The position numbers were made by a program, and so were the translations under genes. Below, in pieces: positions 8,784 through 19,200 of a stretch of DNA of 46,994 bases (the stretch's first letter is position 1; each line of letters starts with the position of its first letter). The notes under the pieces were generated by a model. The model was not told the DNA's origin. It did no database searches and saw only the letters and a program-made list of their open reading frames with translations. The stretch is from NCBI GenBank assembly GCA_018304465.1, contig JAGVWC010000014.1, positions 1-46,994 on the forward strand, written 5' to 3'. This DNA comes from Candidatus Iainarchaeum sp. Lineage in GTDB: Archaea; Iainarchaeota; Iainarchaeia; Iainarchaeales; JAGVWC01.

Positions 8784-11700
8784 TTTGAAACCACCGTAAA
8801 TCCCAATTTTTCCAAAGTAACCGCGTTGGACGCAGCGACCTTGATTTTAATGGTGTCTCCGCGCGGACAATCGCACGCCGAACACGTGGTGGTACCTGGA
8901 TCCGCGGCAACGGCTTCGAACGAAAGCCATTTGATTCCATGCACTACTTCCAACCATTCCGAAACGATTTCTTTTTCAGTGGGCTGTCGGATGTATTGGC
9001 GGTTCAGACTGGCATGCCATTTTTCCCATGCGTTTTCTTGGCATTGAATCGGTTGGATGGATAACCAGACGCTTTCAGACGGTTCGTCTTCTAGGTCTGG
9101 AAAACCCGGGGGAGAATCGTCGTTGGTTCCATTGTCAAGCCGGCACTTGTTTTCCGAATACACGGCGAATCCTTTTCCCAAACCCGATTTTGAAATCGTG
9201 GATTCGACGCGCTGCCACTTGCGGGACTCTGGATTATACCAGAACACGGCTTTGATTTGACAGTCGCCTAAATCCTGGATTTTCTTTCCGACCATTTCAA
9301 CGGTTACCGGAACAAAATTCCATTTGGGCATCAAGGTGTCTAACTGGCTTAATGGCACGGGGTTTCGCAGGGTCGCCGCCACCGTGCATTTGACACCGGG
9401 ATTATGAATCCAATAGGCTCTTCCGGCCAGCGGCGCTTGGACGCGCACGAATTTTCCGGTTTCGCGATCGTACTCAAATACTTTCCATTCGCTGGTCTGG
9501 CAATCGTTTTTTTCGGCGGTAATATCGCCTGGCAGCGAAAACAGATTCCAGCCGGACGCGATTTCGAACTTGAGTTCGTTATACATCGGTTTTCCGCGAA
9601 CCACCAGTTCCATCTTGCCGTCTCCGATGGACTGCGCTTTGATCGTGAAATCGTTCACGGTAATTTCTTGTCCTTCCTGAAGTTCGTACACCGAAGTCGT
9701 TGGCAACGGAGAAGGGATTAACTGGGTCGGCATGGTTGCTTCGGATTCCGACGAAACAATCGTGGACGTGACGCTCTCCGACGCGACTTTTTTGCCGGCT
9801 TCGTATTTGGTTCCGATGAAATTCGATACGCTGATGCGGGCCACCATGCGAGACAAGCAAGGCCTGGTCAGATTCGGTTCCTCGGAATCGACGGCGTCCA
9901 CCGCAAAACACGGCGTTACACTGGTTCCGAGTAATTCAATGCGAAGATTCGCTTCCAGCACTTGGGCAATCTGATTCGTTTCCAACGTGAACGGATCCTC
10001 TACGTGAACATTGATGATCCCGGGGTTTTCGGGTTGACTAACCACAAACGAACCGCTTTTTCCGTCGGAATGCAAAAACGTGATGGTTGCTCCGTACAAG
10101 CTCAGGGATTCACCGGGCTTGATTTTGTACGACGCCACTTGGGGCCTGATGGTCGAAGAAACCGCTTCTTCGGGGCTTGTTTTTGTTGACGTGGATTGCG
10201 CATAATACAGTTTTTTGTACACGCGTAACACGGCCACATATTGCTCCGGATAACTTTCCATGGTCACCAACTCTTCCATCGAACTCTTCCATCGTGATGT
10301 ACATGTCGGGTCCATCCACCAAAACGGTTTGGCGCGGCAATAACTCGAATTTTTCGTCCAAGGAAACTCTGCGCGTGTCATTGGCGATTTTTTCCACCAA
10401 CAACACCGCTTCGCTGTCTGTTGGAACATCGAGCACGGATACCTGATAATCTCCGACTCGAGTGGATTCGCCTTCGCGAACCTTGACAATGGTTGCGTGA
10501 GACTGCGTGAACGGTTGGATCGTAAGCGACGTTACTGGACGGTCATCGCATTTGATTCCTTCCACGTACGCACACGCGATAAAATCCACGGAATTCAAAG
10601 TCACGCGGACTTGCGCGGTGGTTTGCGGCGGCATCGGCGCGGGTTTGTATGCTTCTTTCGCAGTCACGCTTTTGCCCCACGGGTCCGTCACCAATGCGGT
10701 TTGACCTTCTTTTAGGGAAAATTTTTCATTAAAACCCACTCGAATGTCTGCGGGAACACTGGATTGGGTGATACGCAGATTCGCCATGGCTTCTTGCGTG
10801 ACTTCGCACAACGTTGCATTTTCGTCTGAAACGCATCGCTCGGTCGCGAGTTTATTCAATGTAACCGTGTGGCCCCAAATCGTTTTGGATTCGCCTTGAC
10901 GAAGCTCGATAAACGGGTTCGGCAGTTCCACGAGCGGCATGGCGATTCGGCGTTCAATGACTTGAGTATCGGTTGCAATCGCCGAATTTCCGGTGACCTG
11001 GCCCGTAATCGAATTGGCGGAACCGGTCGTTGCTTTAAGGATGTTTCGAACGCGAAAACGCGCAACCGGCAAACATCGAACGTCATTCGGTTCCGGACAC
11101 AGCATTTTGTTTTGCCAATAATCCATGAACTCGATTTCAAAACCGGTTTCGCGAACAATTCCGGTTTGTTTTTGTTTCAAATCGAAATCTTTTCCGAGAC
11201 TAACGACAATCTGGTTGTTTTGGGATTGTTCAGTAACCACGAACGCGGCTTTGGTGTCCGCGATGGCAGCAACCCTCAAAATCAATTTTTCTCCGATCGC
11301 CATTTTTTCTCCGTCAGACAACGAAAAATCCGTGGCGGTTCCGTTGGGAAGCGAAGCCGTGCCCGACACGCTTCTAAACGCGGTACACGGCGTGCCCGGA
11401 GTACACATCGGGGTCGCGATCAGGATCCGATGCAACGTCACTTTCGTGAGCGTGGACGAATTCTTTTGAACGGCAGCGGTCTGGTATGGAACCAGGGAAA
11501 ACTGTTCTCCAAGCTTGACAATAATGTGATCCGGTTGGGACGATTCTTTTTTCACCACAAAAGTACCCATCCAACTCCTCTGAACCATGTTTGTGTCCAG
11601 GGAAGGAATCGTTGACTGGGTGACGTCTTGAAGCAAAATAGAATACTTGTTTCCCATGACCATAAACCAAACGGGTTCGCCTTGAATCACGTGAATTTTT

Positions 11701-12023
11701 TCCGGAGCCGAACAACCCACCAAATCGGATTGGGTGGTGCAACCGGAAACCACGACCGTGGCACCCGGCATCAGCAGGGTACACACCTGCATGTTCGAAT
11801 CCGAATTAACATCCGAACACGTGTTTCCGATCATGCTTTCGGCGCGAACAAACAGCGAATTCGTGTTTTCCGAGAATTTCGCGGTCTGACCGGCGATCAT
11901 TGAAAAGGACTGGCCAAACGTACCGTTGAATTCCGGTTCCGGCGGCGACAATGCCGCGACACTGGACGCGATTACGAGCAAACACAATGCAATTACAAAT
12001 TTGGTTTGATTCATTGGCTTCAT
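8780..12023 (-). pseudogene. Large secreted repeat surface protein (1076 aa if restored), split into ORFs 10110-12023 and 8780-10489 by a 13-bp tandem duplication
   Basis: Signal peptide; six repeats with the head VxLxExFxLxxxQTA that continue across both ORFs; C-terminal GWNLFSLP...GRAYWI domain and CSACDCPRG domain. Removing one 13-bp copy gives a continuous frame (MYITMEELVTMESYPEQY). Confidence 0.85.
10269..10294. repeat. Perfect 13-bp tandem duplication AACTCTTCCATCG x2
   Basis: 10269-10281 and 10282-10294 are identical and coincide with the frame switch. Confidence 0.95.
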
Positions 12024-12144
12024 TACAATCTTCCCCCTATTTAAAGGTTGCTTGGTTGGATTTCAAATCCATGACCAAAGATAATTCTTTGTTTATAAAT
12101 ATCCCTGTTTTTGGTTAGGGATCGACCGAAAAAAAGGCTTTTGG

Positions 12145-12765
12145 TTACTTGAGCGAGGCCTGATGATCGCGCACTTCGATGACGGAATCCGAAAACTGGC
12201 TTAGGATTTTGATGACATCCATGTTGTCTTCAGTTTTGATGATCAACAATACGCCGAGTACTTTTTCGGTTCGAATCTTGTTGGCGATCGAATGCACGAA
12301 CTTGGTGATGGCTTCCGGTTTGTTGTAAATCAGCAAGGTGGAAAGCGAATCCACGACCAAGAATTTGTTTCCTTCGATTTTTTGGAATAACTTGTTAAGC
12401 AAGACGCTGAGTTCCACGAGTTGCTGAGGCGACTCCAAATAATTGTAATGCGGTCCTTCGAGTTCCGGTGCACCCGACATCTGGGAAATGCAGTCCACGA
12501 ATTCGATTTTGTTCTGAACAAACGGGGTTGGGGGAAGTTTGCAAATCAAATCCACCAATGGCTTGTTTACCGAAACGATTACGCCGGGCATGTCGGCTTT
12601 TTCAAAGTAACGTACCAGTCCCGCGTTGGCATCCGAATACTCGATCGCGTCAATGATCGCAAGTACCACGCCGGTTTTTCCAAGACCCGACAAACTCATT
12701 TCGAGTTTCATTTGGATCCGCTTGTTAGGATCCAAATACGCTTCCAAATCCACAGGGTCCGTCAT
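12145..12765 (-). CDS. Inactive RecA/KaiC-fold (FlaH-like/DUF835-like) accessory protein
   Basis: Walker-B-like FLVVDSLSTLLIYN and C-terminal SQFSDSVIEV with no Walker A; directly downstream of the KaiC-like ATPase. Confidence 0.75.
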   Translation of the reverse strand: MTDPVDLEAYLDPNKRIQMKLEMSLSGLGKTGVVLAIIDAIEYSDANAGLVRYFEKADMPGVIVSVNKPLVDLICKLPPTPFVQNKIEFVDCISQMSGAPELEGPHYNYLESPQQLVELSVLLNKLFQKIEGNKFLVVDSLSTLLIYNKPEAITKFVHSIANKIRTEKVLGVLLIIKTEDNMDVIKILSQFSDSVIEVRDHQASLK

Positions 12766-12775
12766 ACACGCTTCC

Positions 12776-13525
12776 TCACAATTCTTCGAATAATTCCTGT
12801 TTGGAAAGTACTTTTAAACCGTTTAATCCCAGTTCCAGCGGATGCAGTTTTTCGGATATCTTGGTTCCCCGCATCTTTAAGACCCCGACGCTTCGAATAA
12901 ACCGGTTTTCGATTTTGGTGTGATACAACAACACCACGCCGTCCGCCACGTATTCTTCCAATCCAAACAAGCTATGCGAATTCTCCAAGGTAATTTCGTT
13001 GGTGATAATCGTGGTTCCGCCCAAACGCTTTAACATGCGCCCCAAATCCAAAATGCTTTTTCTTGCTTCCAGTTCTTTTTCAAAAAACAACCGAAAAACG
13101 ACTCCCGGGTCAATCACGATGCGCCGCGCTTTGACCGAATCCACGGTTTCTTCGATCGCGTTCTTTAATTTTTCAAAATCGTACAACTGAATGGTTTCGA
13201 TTTTTAACCGCCGATCTTTAATCAGCGGAATGAAATCAAACCCGTAATACGCGGCTTGCTTGACGATTTCAGGCTCGGATTCTTCCAACGAAATATACAC
13301 GCCGTTTTCGCCGTATTTGACCACGCCGTTATACAAAAATTCAATGCAAAAACTGGTTTTTCCGGCACCTGGATCCCCCGATACCACCACCAGGTTTCCT
13401 TCCGGAATTCCGCCGCCCAACAAATCATCCAACCCCGGAATACCCGTCTGGGTTCGATTAGGTTTGGCCACGGAAGAATCTTCAAACTTGACTTCTTCAA
13501 GTGGTTCTTTTTTCGGGATCGCCAT
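12776..13525 (-). CDS. KaiC/RAD55-like single-domain RecA-superfamily ATPase
   Basis: TGIPGLDDLLGGG, Walker A GDPGAGKT, SLEE, RIVID, EEYVADGVV, LKMRGT; likely start ATG 13525. Confidence 0.92.
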   Translation of the reverse strand: MAIPKKEPLEEVKFEDSSVAKPNRTQTGIPGLDDLLGGGIPEGNLVVVSGDPGAGKTSFCIEFLYNGVVKYGENGVYISLEESEPEIVKQAAYYGFDFIPLIKDRRLKIETIQLYDFEKLKNAIEETVDSVKARRIVIDPGVVFRLFFEKELEARKSILDLGRMLKRLGGTTIITNEITLENSHSLFGLEEYVADGVVLLYHTKIENRFIRSVGVLKMRGTKISEKLHPLELGLNGLKVLSKQELFEEL

Positions 13526-13615
13526 TAAAACGCCTGCTATAATAGAAAAATACTTAATAGTATAAATACTCGTGCATTTGTCCAAAACCTTTTTTTTTGG
13601 CGGATGCTCAACCCA

Positions 13616-13660
13616 CAAAAAATAAAAAAATAGAAAAAAAAGTAAAACGAGTTAATCGTT
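13616..13660 (-). terminator. Probable terminator after the pilin gene
   Basis: Minus strand has hairpin AACGA-TTAAC-TCGTT followed by several T-tracts. Confidence 0.5.
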
Positions 13661-14182
13661 TTACTGTGCGGTTCCGTTACAGGTGATCGAGGTACTGCGG
13701 TTGAAGTCGCCATCGTAATATGAAATATTGATGATGGTTTGGTACTTCTTTCCGGTCATTTCGCCTTCGGCCATACCGGCTGGTGCTGCAATTCCCAAGT
13801 CGAACTCTTGTCCGGTGGTGATTTGTGATGTACGGGTTCCGCCGACGGAAATGTTATAATCCGTTCCGAGAGCTGTTGGGACCGTTCCGCCATTGGGAAT
13901 TGGAGACCAACTGACACCCGTGATGTGTACTCCGCTCAAGCTTCGACCGGTAAGGTTTGATACCTTCAAAGCCCATGCCTGGTCGCCGCCAATGATCGTT
14001 GTTCCGGTCAAGTATTGGTTTCGGACCGAAAAAGTTGATCCTGGCGCATTACAGGTCGCATTTCCGCTCGGGTTTCCGACGAGCACAACCAGTGCCGCGA
14101 TTACGACTACGATAACAACCAAAGCCCATCCGTAAGTCATAAGGTATTCAAGAGCCGATTGTCCCTTTTTGTGTGAAAACAT
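13661..14182 (-). CDS. Archaeal type IV pilin, probably the major pilin
   Basis: Class III signal peptide KKG|QSALEYLMTYGWALVVIVVVIAAL; strong GGAGG SD; own promoter and terminator. Confidence 0.88.
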   Translation of the reverse strand: MFSHKKGQSALEYLMTYGWALVVIVVVIAALVVLVGNPSGNATCNAPGSTFSVRNQYLTGTTIIGGDQAWALKVSNLTGRSLSGVHITGVSWSPIPNGGTVPTALGTDYNISVGGTRTSQITTGQEFDLGIAAPAGMAEGEMTGKKYQTIINISYYDGDFNRSTSITCNGTAQ

Positions 14183-14257
14183 CTTCTGTTCCTCCTTTGT
14201 GATTTCAAAACGTTTTGAAAAAAGGATGTTTTTTCGATAAATACAATCCCTTTGGTG

Positions 14258-14272
14258 TTTTTAAAGCTAACG
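14258..14272 (-). promoter_or_regulatory. BRE-TATA promoter element of the pilin gene (CGTTAGCTTTAAAAA)
   Basis: TTTAAAAA box with upstream BRE-like sequence; an identical 15-mer occurs at 38956-38970. Confidence 0.55.
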
Positions 14273-14349
14273 TATTCGGATGTCAAAGAAAGCGTTTTTT
14301 TCCGCGTTAATTGAAAATAAAACGGAAAATGACGTTTCAAGAGGCTTTT

Positions 14350-15363
14350 TTAGGTCTTAAGCAAGTCTCCGAAAATGCCTTGTAATACGAGTCGAATCAC
14401 GAAAAACAACACCAATCCAACAATCAGAATAAAGGGAATGAATTTGATTCCGTTTTTTTCTTTTCCCGTATTAATGGCCCCTAAGGTTAACGCCGCAAAG
14501 ATACTGGTGACAAACAAGGCGACAATCGAAAAATTGACCACAAATTCGGGGGAAAGCCCTTTTCGCTCGCCGCTCACCATCTTGACAATGATCTGAAGGT
14601 TTCCAGAAGCGCTGGAACCCGACGCCAAGTCGCCTATACCGCCTCCGGTCAAACTGGCCAATTGATTGGCTAAAATCTGGACAATAAACGAACTGATACC
14701 AAACAGAATCGGGGCACCCAAGGCCGCGGAAATGAATATCAGCACGATGTACATGCTGGTTTCCGCGCGCGACTCATCTTGAACCGCTTTTTGTTCCCGA
14801 ATATCGTCTCCCAATTGGATTAACAAGTCCGCGATTTGTCCGCCGGACTGGATTCCACGGGCAATCAACCACATGGTGCGTTGAAACACCGTGGAACGAA
14901 TGTTGGCGCCCATGTTTTCCAATGCGCGTTCCAATGTTTGTCCCGCGAGTATTTCTTTGCTGGCATTCTTTAACTCGGTTTCCAAAGGACCGAACTCGGG
15001 CCGCGCCGAAACGAATAACGCACGCTCCGTCGTCATGCCGGACTTGATATTAGACGCGATTAATTGCAACGCGTCGGGAAGAACCCCTTCCACGAACCGT
15101 CCTTTTCCTTCCGCGCGCAGACTCAACCACAAGTACGCGCCGCCAAAAAACATCAAAAACGATACAACGAACACGACCGGAAACGACAATTGAAAAAACA
15201 AATACAGGTTAATGGCCACGCCAAAGCTTAACGCCAATCCATACGCGAGCAAAAACCCGAGAAATTTATCGGCATCAATGTTGATTCCGACGTACCGAAG
15301 GTTTCTGCGGACTTCGTCGGCAATGTGAGATGGAATCAATCGTGCAATTCTTTGGTACGCCAT
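14350..15363 (-). CDS. Type II secretion system F / TadC-like pilus platform membrane protein
   Basis: LPDALQLIASNIKSGMTTERAL...FGPLETELK...SGGQIADLL; multiple TM helices. Confidence 0.92.
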   Translation of the reverse strand: MAYQRIARLIPSHIADEVRRNLRYVGINIDADKFLGFLLAYGLALSFGVAINLYLFFQLSFPVVFVVSFLMFFGGAYLWLSLRAEGKGRFVEGVLPDALQLIASNIKSGMTTERALFVSARPEFGPLETELKNASKEILAGQTLERALENMGANIRSTVFQRTMWLIARGIQSGGQIADLLIQLGDDIREQKAVQDESRAETSMYIVLIFISAALGAPILFGISSFIVQILANQLASLTGGGIGDLASGSSASGNLQIIVKMVSGERKGLSPEFVVNFSIVALFVTSIFAALTLGAINTGKEKNGIKFIPFILIVGLVLFFVIRLVLQGIFGDLLKT

Positions 15364-15376
15364 GGTTTTCTACTCC

Positions 15377-16279
15377 TTAATCTTCCGCCATCAGCGATGG
15401 CCGCTTGGACTTGATGATTCCCACGTACATGAACTGGGAAATCATGATTGCTCCCAAAAAACCCCATAACAAGTTTTCATCAATGGGCGATTCGGGAAAC
15501 GTGGACAAAATCACCATTAACGTCAAACCCAACGCCGGAATAATGACCCCCAGCATCATGTAAATCAAGGACAACATCCGCAAGTCGGCGCCGTATTTTT
15601 TGATCTGAATCACTTGTTCTTTGGTCATGGTGGACACCAGTTCGGTCAACACCAATGAAATATCCGCGCCGGCTTTCAAACCATTGACGATTTGCCAGAG
15701 GCTTCGGCGGAAAAACACAGACGGCGTTCGAATCGCGGCCCGCTGTAAGGCTTCTTCTTCGGGGTACCCCGCGTTGATTTCATCCACGGATCGTTTGAGT
15801 TCCGCGCTTAAAGTTCCATACGCGCCGTACGCCACCAATTGCAACGCGCCAAACAAACTGACACCGGAACGGATCTGAATCGTGATCGTTCGCAGTCCGA
15901 AAATCAGGTTTCGTTCCACGTCCCGCACTTTTTTCTTGATCTGAATCTTGGGATAAAACGCGATTTGAATGAACACGAGTCCGGCCGCCATGATTCCGAT
16001 CGTTGGAGGCGCCGTAAACATCAGGTCCGGCGCCAGATAAAACATGAAAAAAACTCCGACCAAGGTCCATAAAACGAAATGAAAAATGCCCGTCAGGATC
16101 GCGATCGCCATGTAGCGCTCGGAACTGAGTTTCATGTCGGCTTGTTCAAGTTCCAAATCGAGCATGGGAAACAAACCCGAAAACATCGCGCCAAGCCCCG
16201 TAAACGGCTCCGACAGTTTTTCCAGCGAGGAAAACGGCATCGGTGCAAACGGAATCGTTATTTTCTTGACCGGGTTCAT
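15377..16279 (-). CDS. Type II secretion system F / TadB-like pilus platform membrane protein
   Basis: IQIRSGVSLFGAL...YGTLSAEL...EEAL...FFRRSLWQIVNGLKAGADI; several TM helices; overlaps the ATPase stop. Confidence 0.92.
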   Translation of the reverse strand: MNPVKKITIPFAPMPFSSLEKLSEPFTGLGAMFSGLFPMLDLELEQADMKLSSERYMAIAILTGIFHFVLWTLVGVFFMFYLAPDLMFTAPPTIGIMAAGLVFIQIAFYPKIQIKKKVRDVERNLIFGLRTITIQIRSGVSLFGALQLVAYGAYGTLSAELKRSVDEINAGYPEEEALQRAAIRTPSVFFRRSLWQIVNGLKAGADISLVLTELVSTMTKEQVIQIKKYGADLRMLSLIYMMLGVIIPALGLTLMVILSTFPESPIDENLLWGFLGAIMISQFMYVGIIKSKRPSLMAED

Positions 16280-19200
16280 TCGTGTATCTCCGCGTCTTCC
16301 ACTTTGGCAAAATCAGGCAAATCGTCCAATTGCACGTACTCAAGCACTTCTTCTTCATTCATGTAGTACTCCGCCATGATGTGGCCCACTTTGCCGATTT
16401 CATGAATGTTGTGTTTGACCATCCAGTCCAAAATACTCTGTTTTTTCTTCAAATCCTGGGTGATTTCCTGCGGTGACAACCCCGTGTGCAATCCGAGTTC
16501 GTCGTTTAACCGGATGCTATCCGCGTTTTTCTCGATCGTATCGGTCGACGGACGCCAACGATACAACGTATTCGCTTTGAGTATGTCTTCGGTTCCGTGT
16601 TTTTCCGGAATGAATTCCGCGATCTGCAGCACGCGTCGGACTCCGAGACGACGGTTTCGGAACTGAACAATATTCAAATGAACCGCGTCCATCATTGTGG
16701 TCGGAATATTGATCGGCGGATTGGTCATCCGGCGAATGGTTTCTTCCGCGGTATTCGCGTGAAACGTGGTGTACACCGAGTGACCGGTATGCATTCCTTC
16801 AAACATGACTTCGGCTTCGGCTTGTCGACGGGTTTCACCGACAATCAAACGGTCCGGGCGCATTCGAAGCGAGTTTACGAGCAAGTCCAGCATCGTGATT
16901 CCGCCTTTTCCTTCCGGATTCGGTTCGCGCGTGGTCATGGGCACCCAATGCAAGAATTCGGGCAACTGGAGCTCGCGGGTGTCTTCAATCGTTAAAATGC
17001 GATGATTGGGTTGAATAAACGGAACCAATACGTTCATTAAGCTGGTGTTGTGAGCAACTAAGTTGTTTGCAACAAAAGTATGGTGCGTATCTACCGTCAA
17101 GTCATAGACCCATGGTTCGCTTGGCTTGAATGTTTCGATCCGAACAATTTTATCCCACAGTACTTCACTTTCTGCTAAATTCTTTAACCAATCGATTTTT
17201 TGTTTTACGTAAATGCTCGTAGCGTCATTTAGGATAAAATCAATTCTAGAAACTTTTTCTGATTTCTTTAATTGAATGGGAACCTGAAGTTTTTTTGAAA
17301 GGGCCATTGCTTGGACAGAAGTACTTGTTCGTTGCTCGGCTTGAATGATTTTCTTAATCTCGAATACCTCTTCGTGAAGGTTTTCAAGTATTTTGCATTG
17401 ATTCTTTTGCCATTCTCGAATAAACGGCATCAGTATTTGTGTAATCTTTTCAGGGGCTTTCTCCTGGACATATTTGTATAAAGTTCTTTCTGCCAACGGA
17501 ACTTCGTTAGCAACTTTGCGAATATCTAGCCCCATTTCATGTGCAGTTTGTAGATCATTAATTGGTTCGCGCATTCTTGAATAATACGAATCAAATTCTC
17601 CCACTGTACTTTGAGCAAGCTTAAGCACAAGCTCTGGAGTTGGTATAGTACGGTTCGTTTCCCACATCCAAAGCGAGTTTGGATTAATATCGGCTCTACG
17701 AGCCAATTTCTTTTTTTCTAATCCCATTTTATGGTAAACATTTTGAACCGCATGGATCAGTTTTCGATTTTTCAATTCTAACTTTTTTGTTTCGTCCCAT
17801 AGCTGTTTATCTTTACAGAGCTCATCATATCTCCGTTCGAGAGAAGTTGCTACGTCTTTTAGTGAACCCCGTGTAGGCGCTCGTACTTCGGCTAAATATC
17901 GAGCAACCGCTTCACGCGAAATCTTTGATCTCATCTCCTTTGTGTGGACACGCAGTTTCTTTTTGAGTTCTCGGACGATCGGAGAAATATGCGGGACAAA
18001 GTCTAGGTTTGGGGAGAATGTTTTCTTCTGTGCCCGAAGAATCAGGTCGTTTTTACTTGGTCGCAAAAAGCCGATTTCGGATCCAAATTTCTGCAAATTT
18101 GACCCTGTAATAAAGAGCCGATTTTTGTTTTTGTATTTCTTTATTCTGTGGATTATTCCAAATCTGTGCAAGGCAGTGGATAAGTCCTCGACTACCGCTT
18201 CGCTTGCGCTTCCAAATTCGAGCTCTCCTTTTTTAATTTCTACCGAAGCTTCGCTTTCAAACAGCCCTCTGATGCATTCTTTTAGAATCTGAATATCTCC
18301 ATATAAAATCGTTTTTGGAATGGAAATTACGTTCGATTTTTTTCCACTGGAAATCCCTATCGATTGTACTAATAATTCGCCAACTACTTTGGAATTGAAC
18401 TCAATATATGGGCAGCGATTTTTTGGCGTATATAACCTTCCGTCAATTCCAAATAGCGTTTCTCCGCATTGTTTGAAATCTTCTCGTAAGCGCGAATCCA
18501 AGTTGAAAAATCGTACTGCATGATGATTTTTTGTAATGTGCCCGTCTCCTAGCACGTATCCAATAAAGCGAGCCAATTCGCAAGACATTTTTGAAGGAAG
18601 CTTCACCCACTTATTTGAGTTAAAGTACGGACGGTACAACTTTTTTCCGTTCATGCTCTGCGTTTCTAAGTGCTTAAGAAAAGGTATTTTTATGAGTTCA
18701 GGTTCTGAAGGCGTAATGTTTAACTTTCGGGGCGCAGGTATAAATTCCCCCCCAACTAACTCGCCTGCTTTTTTTTTCTCGAGTTCTCCGTTTAATATAA
18801 AAAATGGATGTTCGGGGGTTACTTCGATTTGTTTACCTGTTTGTGTGGTGATACGGACCATTTTTTCCGGGGCCGTTCTTTTCCAAACCCGAGAAATGGG
18901 TTTTTTCTCCATTTTGGCGGTGCGTGGATTAAATGCCCAGGTCTCTAAATTAGTTGAAGCCGAATAAAATCCATCTTCTGTACGAGTTACATCTCCTTTC
19001 GCAAGCTCCTCTTCTACGATCTCTTTAATTGGCCGTGCTTGATTGGAAAGCAATACTTTTGAGTTTCCAGAAACGCATTTTCCGGACGCCGTTCCTCCTG
19101 AAATAATGATGTTTAATTCGTACTGCATGGCCAGCCACATCAACGCCATGATTTCCGAGTTGACGGTGCGCGTCTTGATGAAATCCGTGACGGTCCACGG

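Noticed and set aside
10110-10489. Apparent 380-bp overlap of two genes
   Set aside because: Explained by the 13-bp duplication; it is one broken gene.
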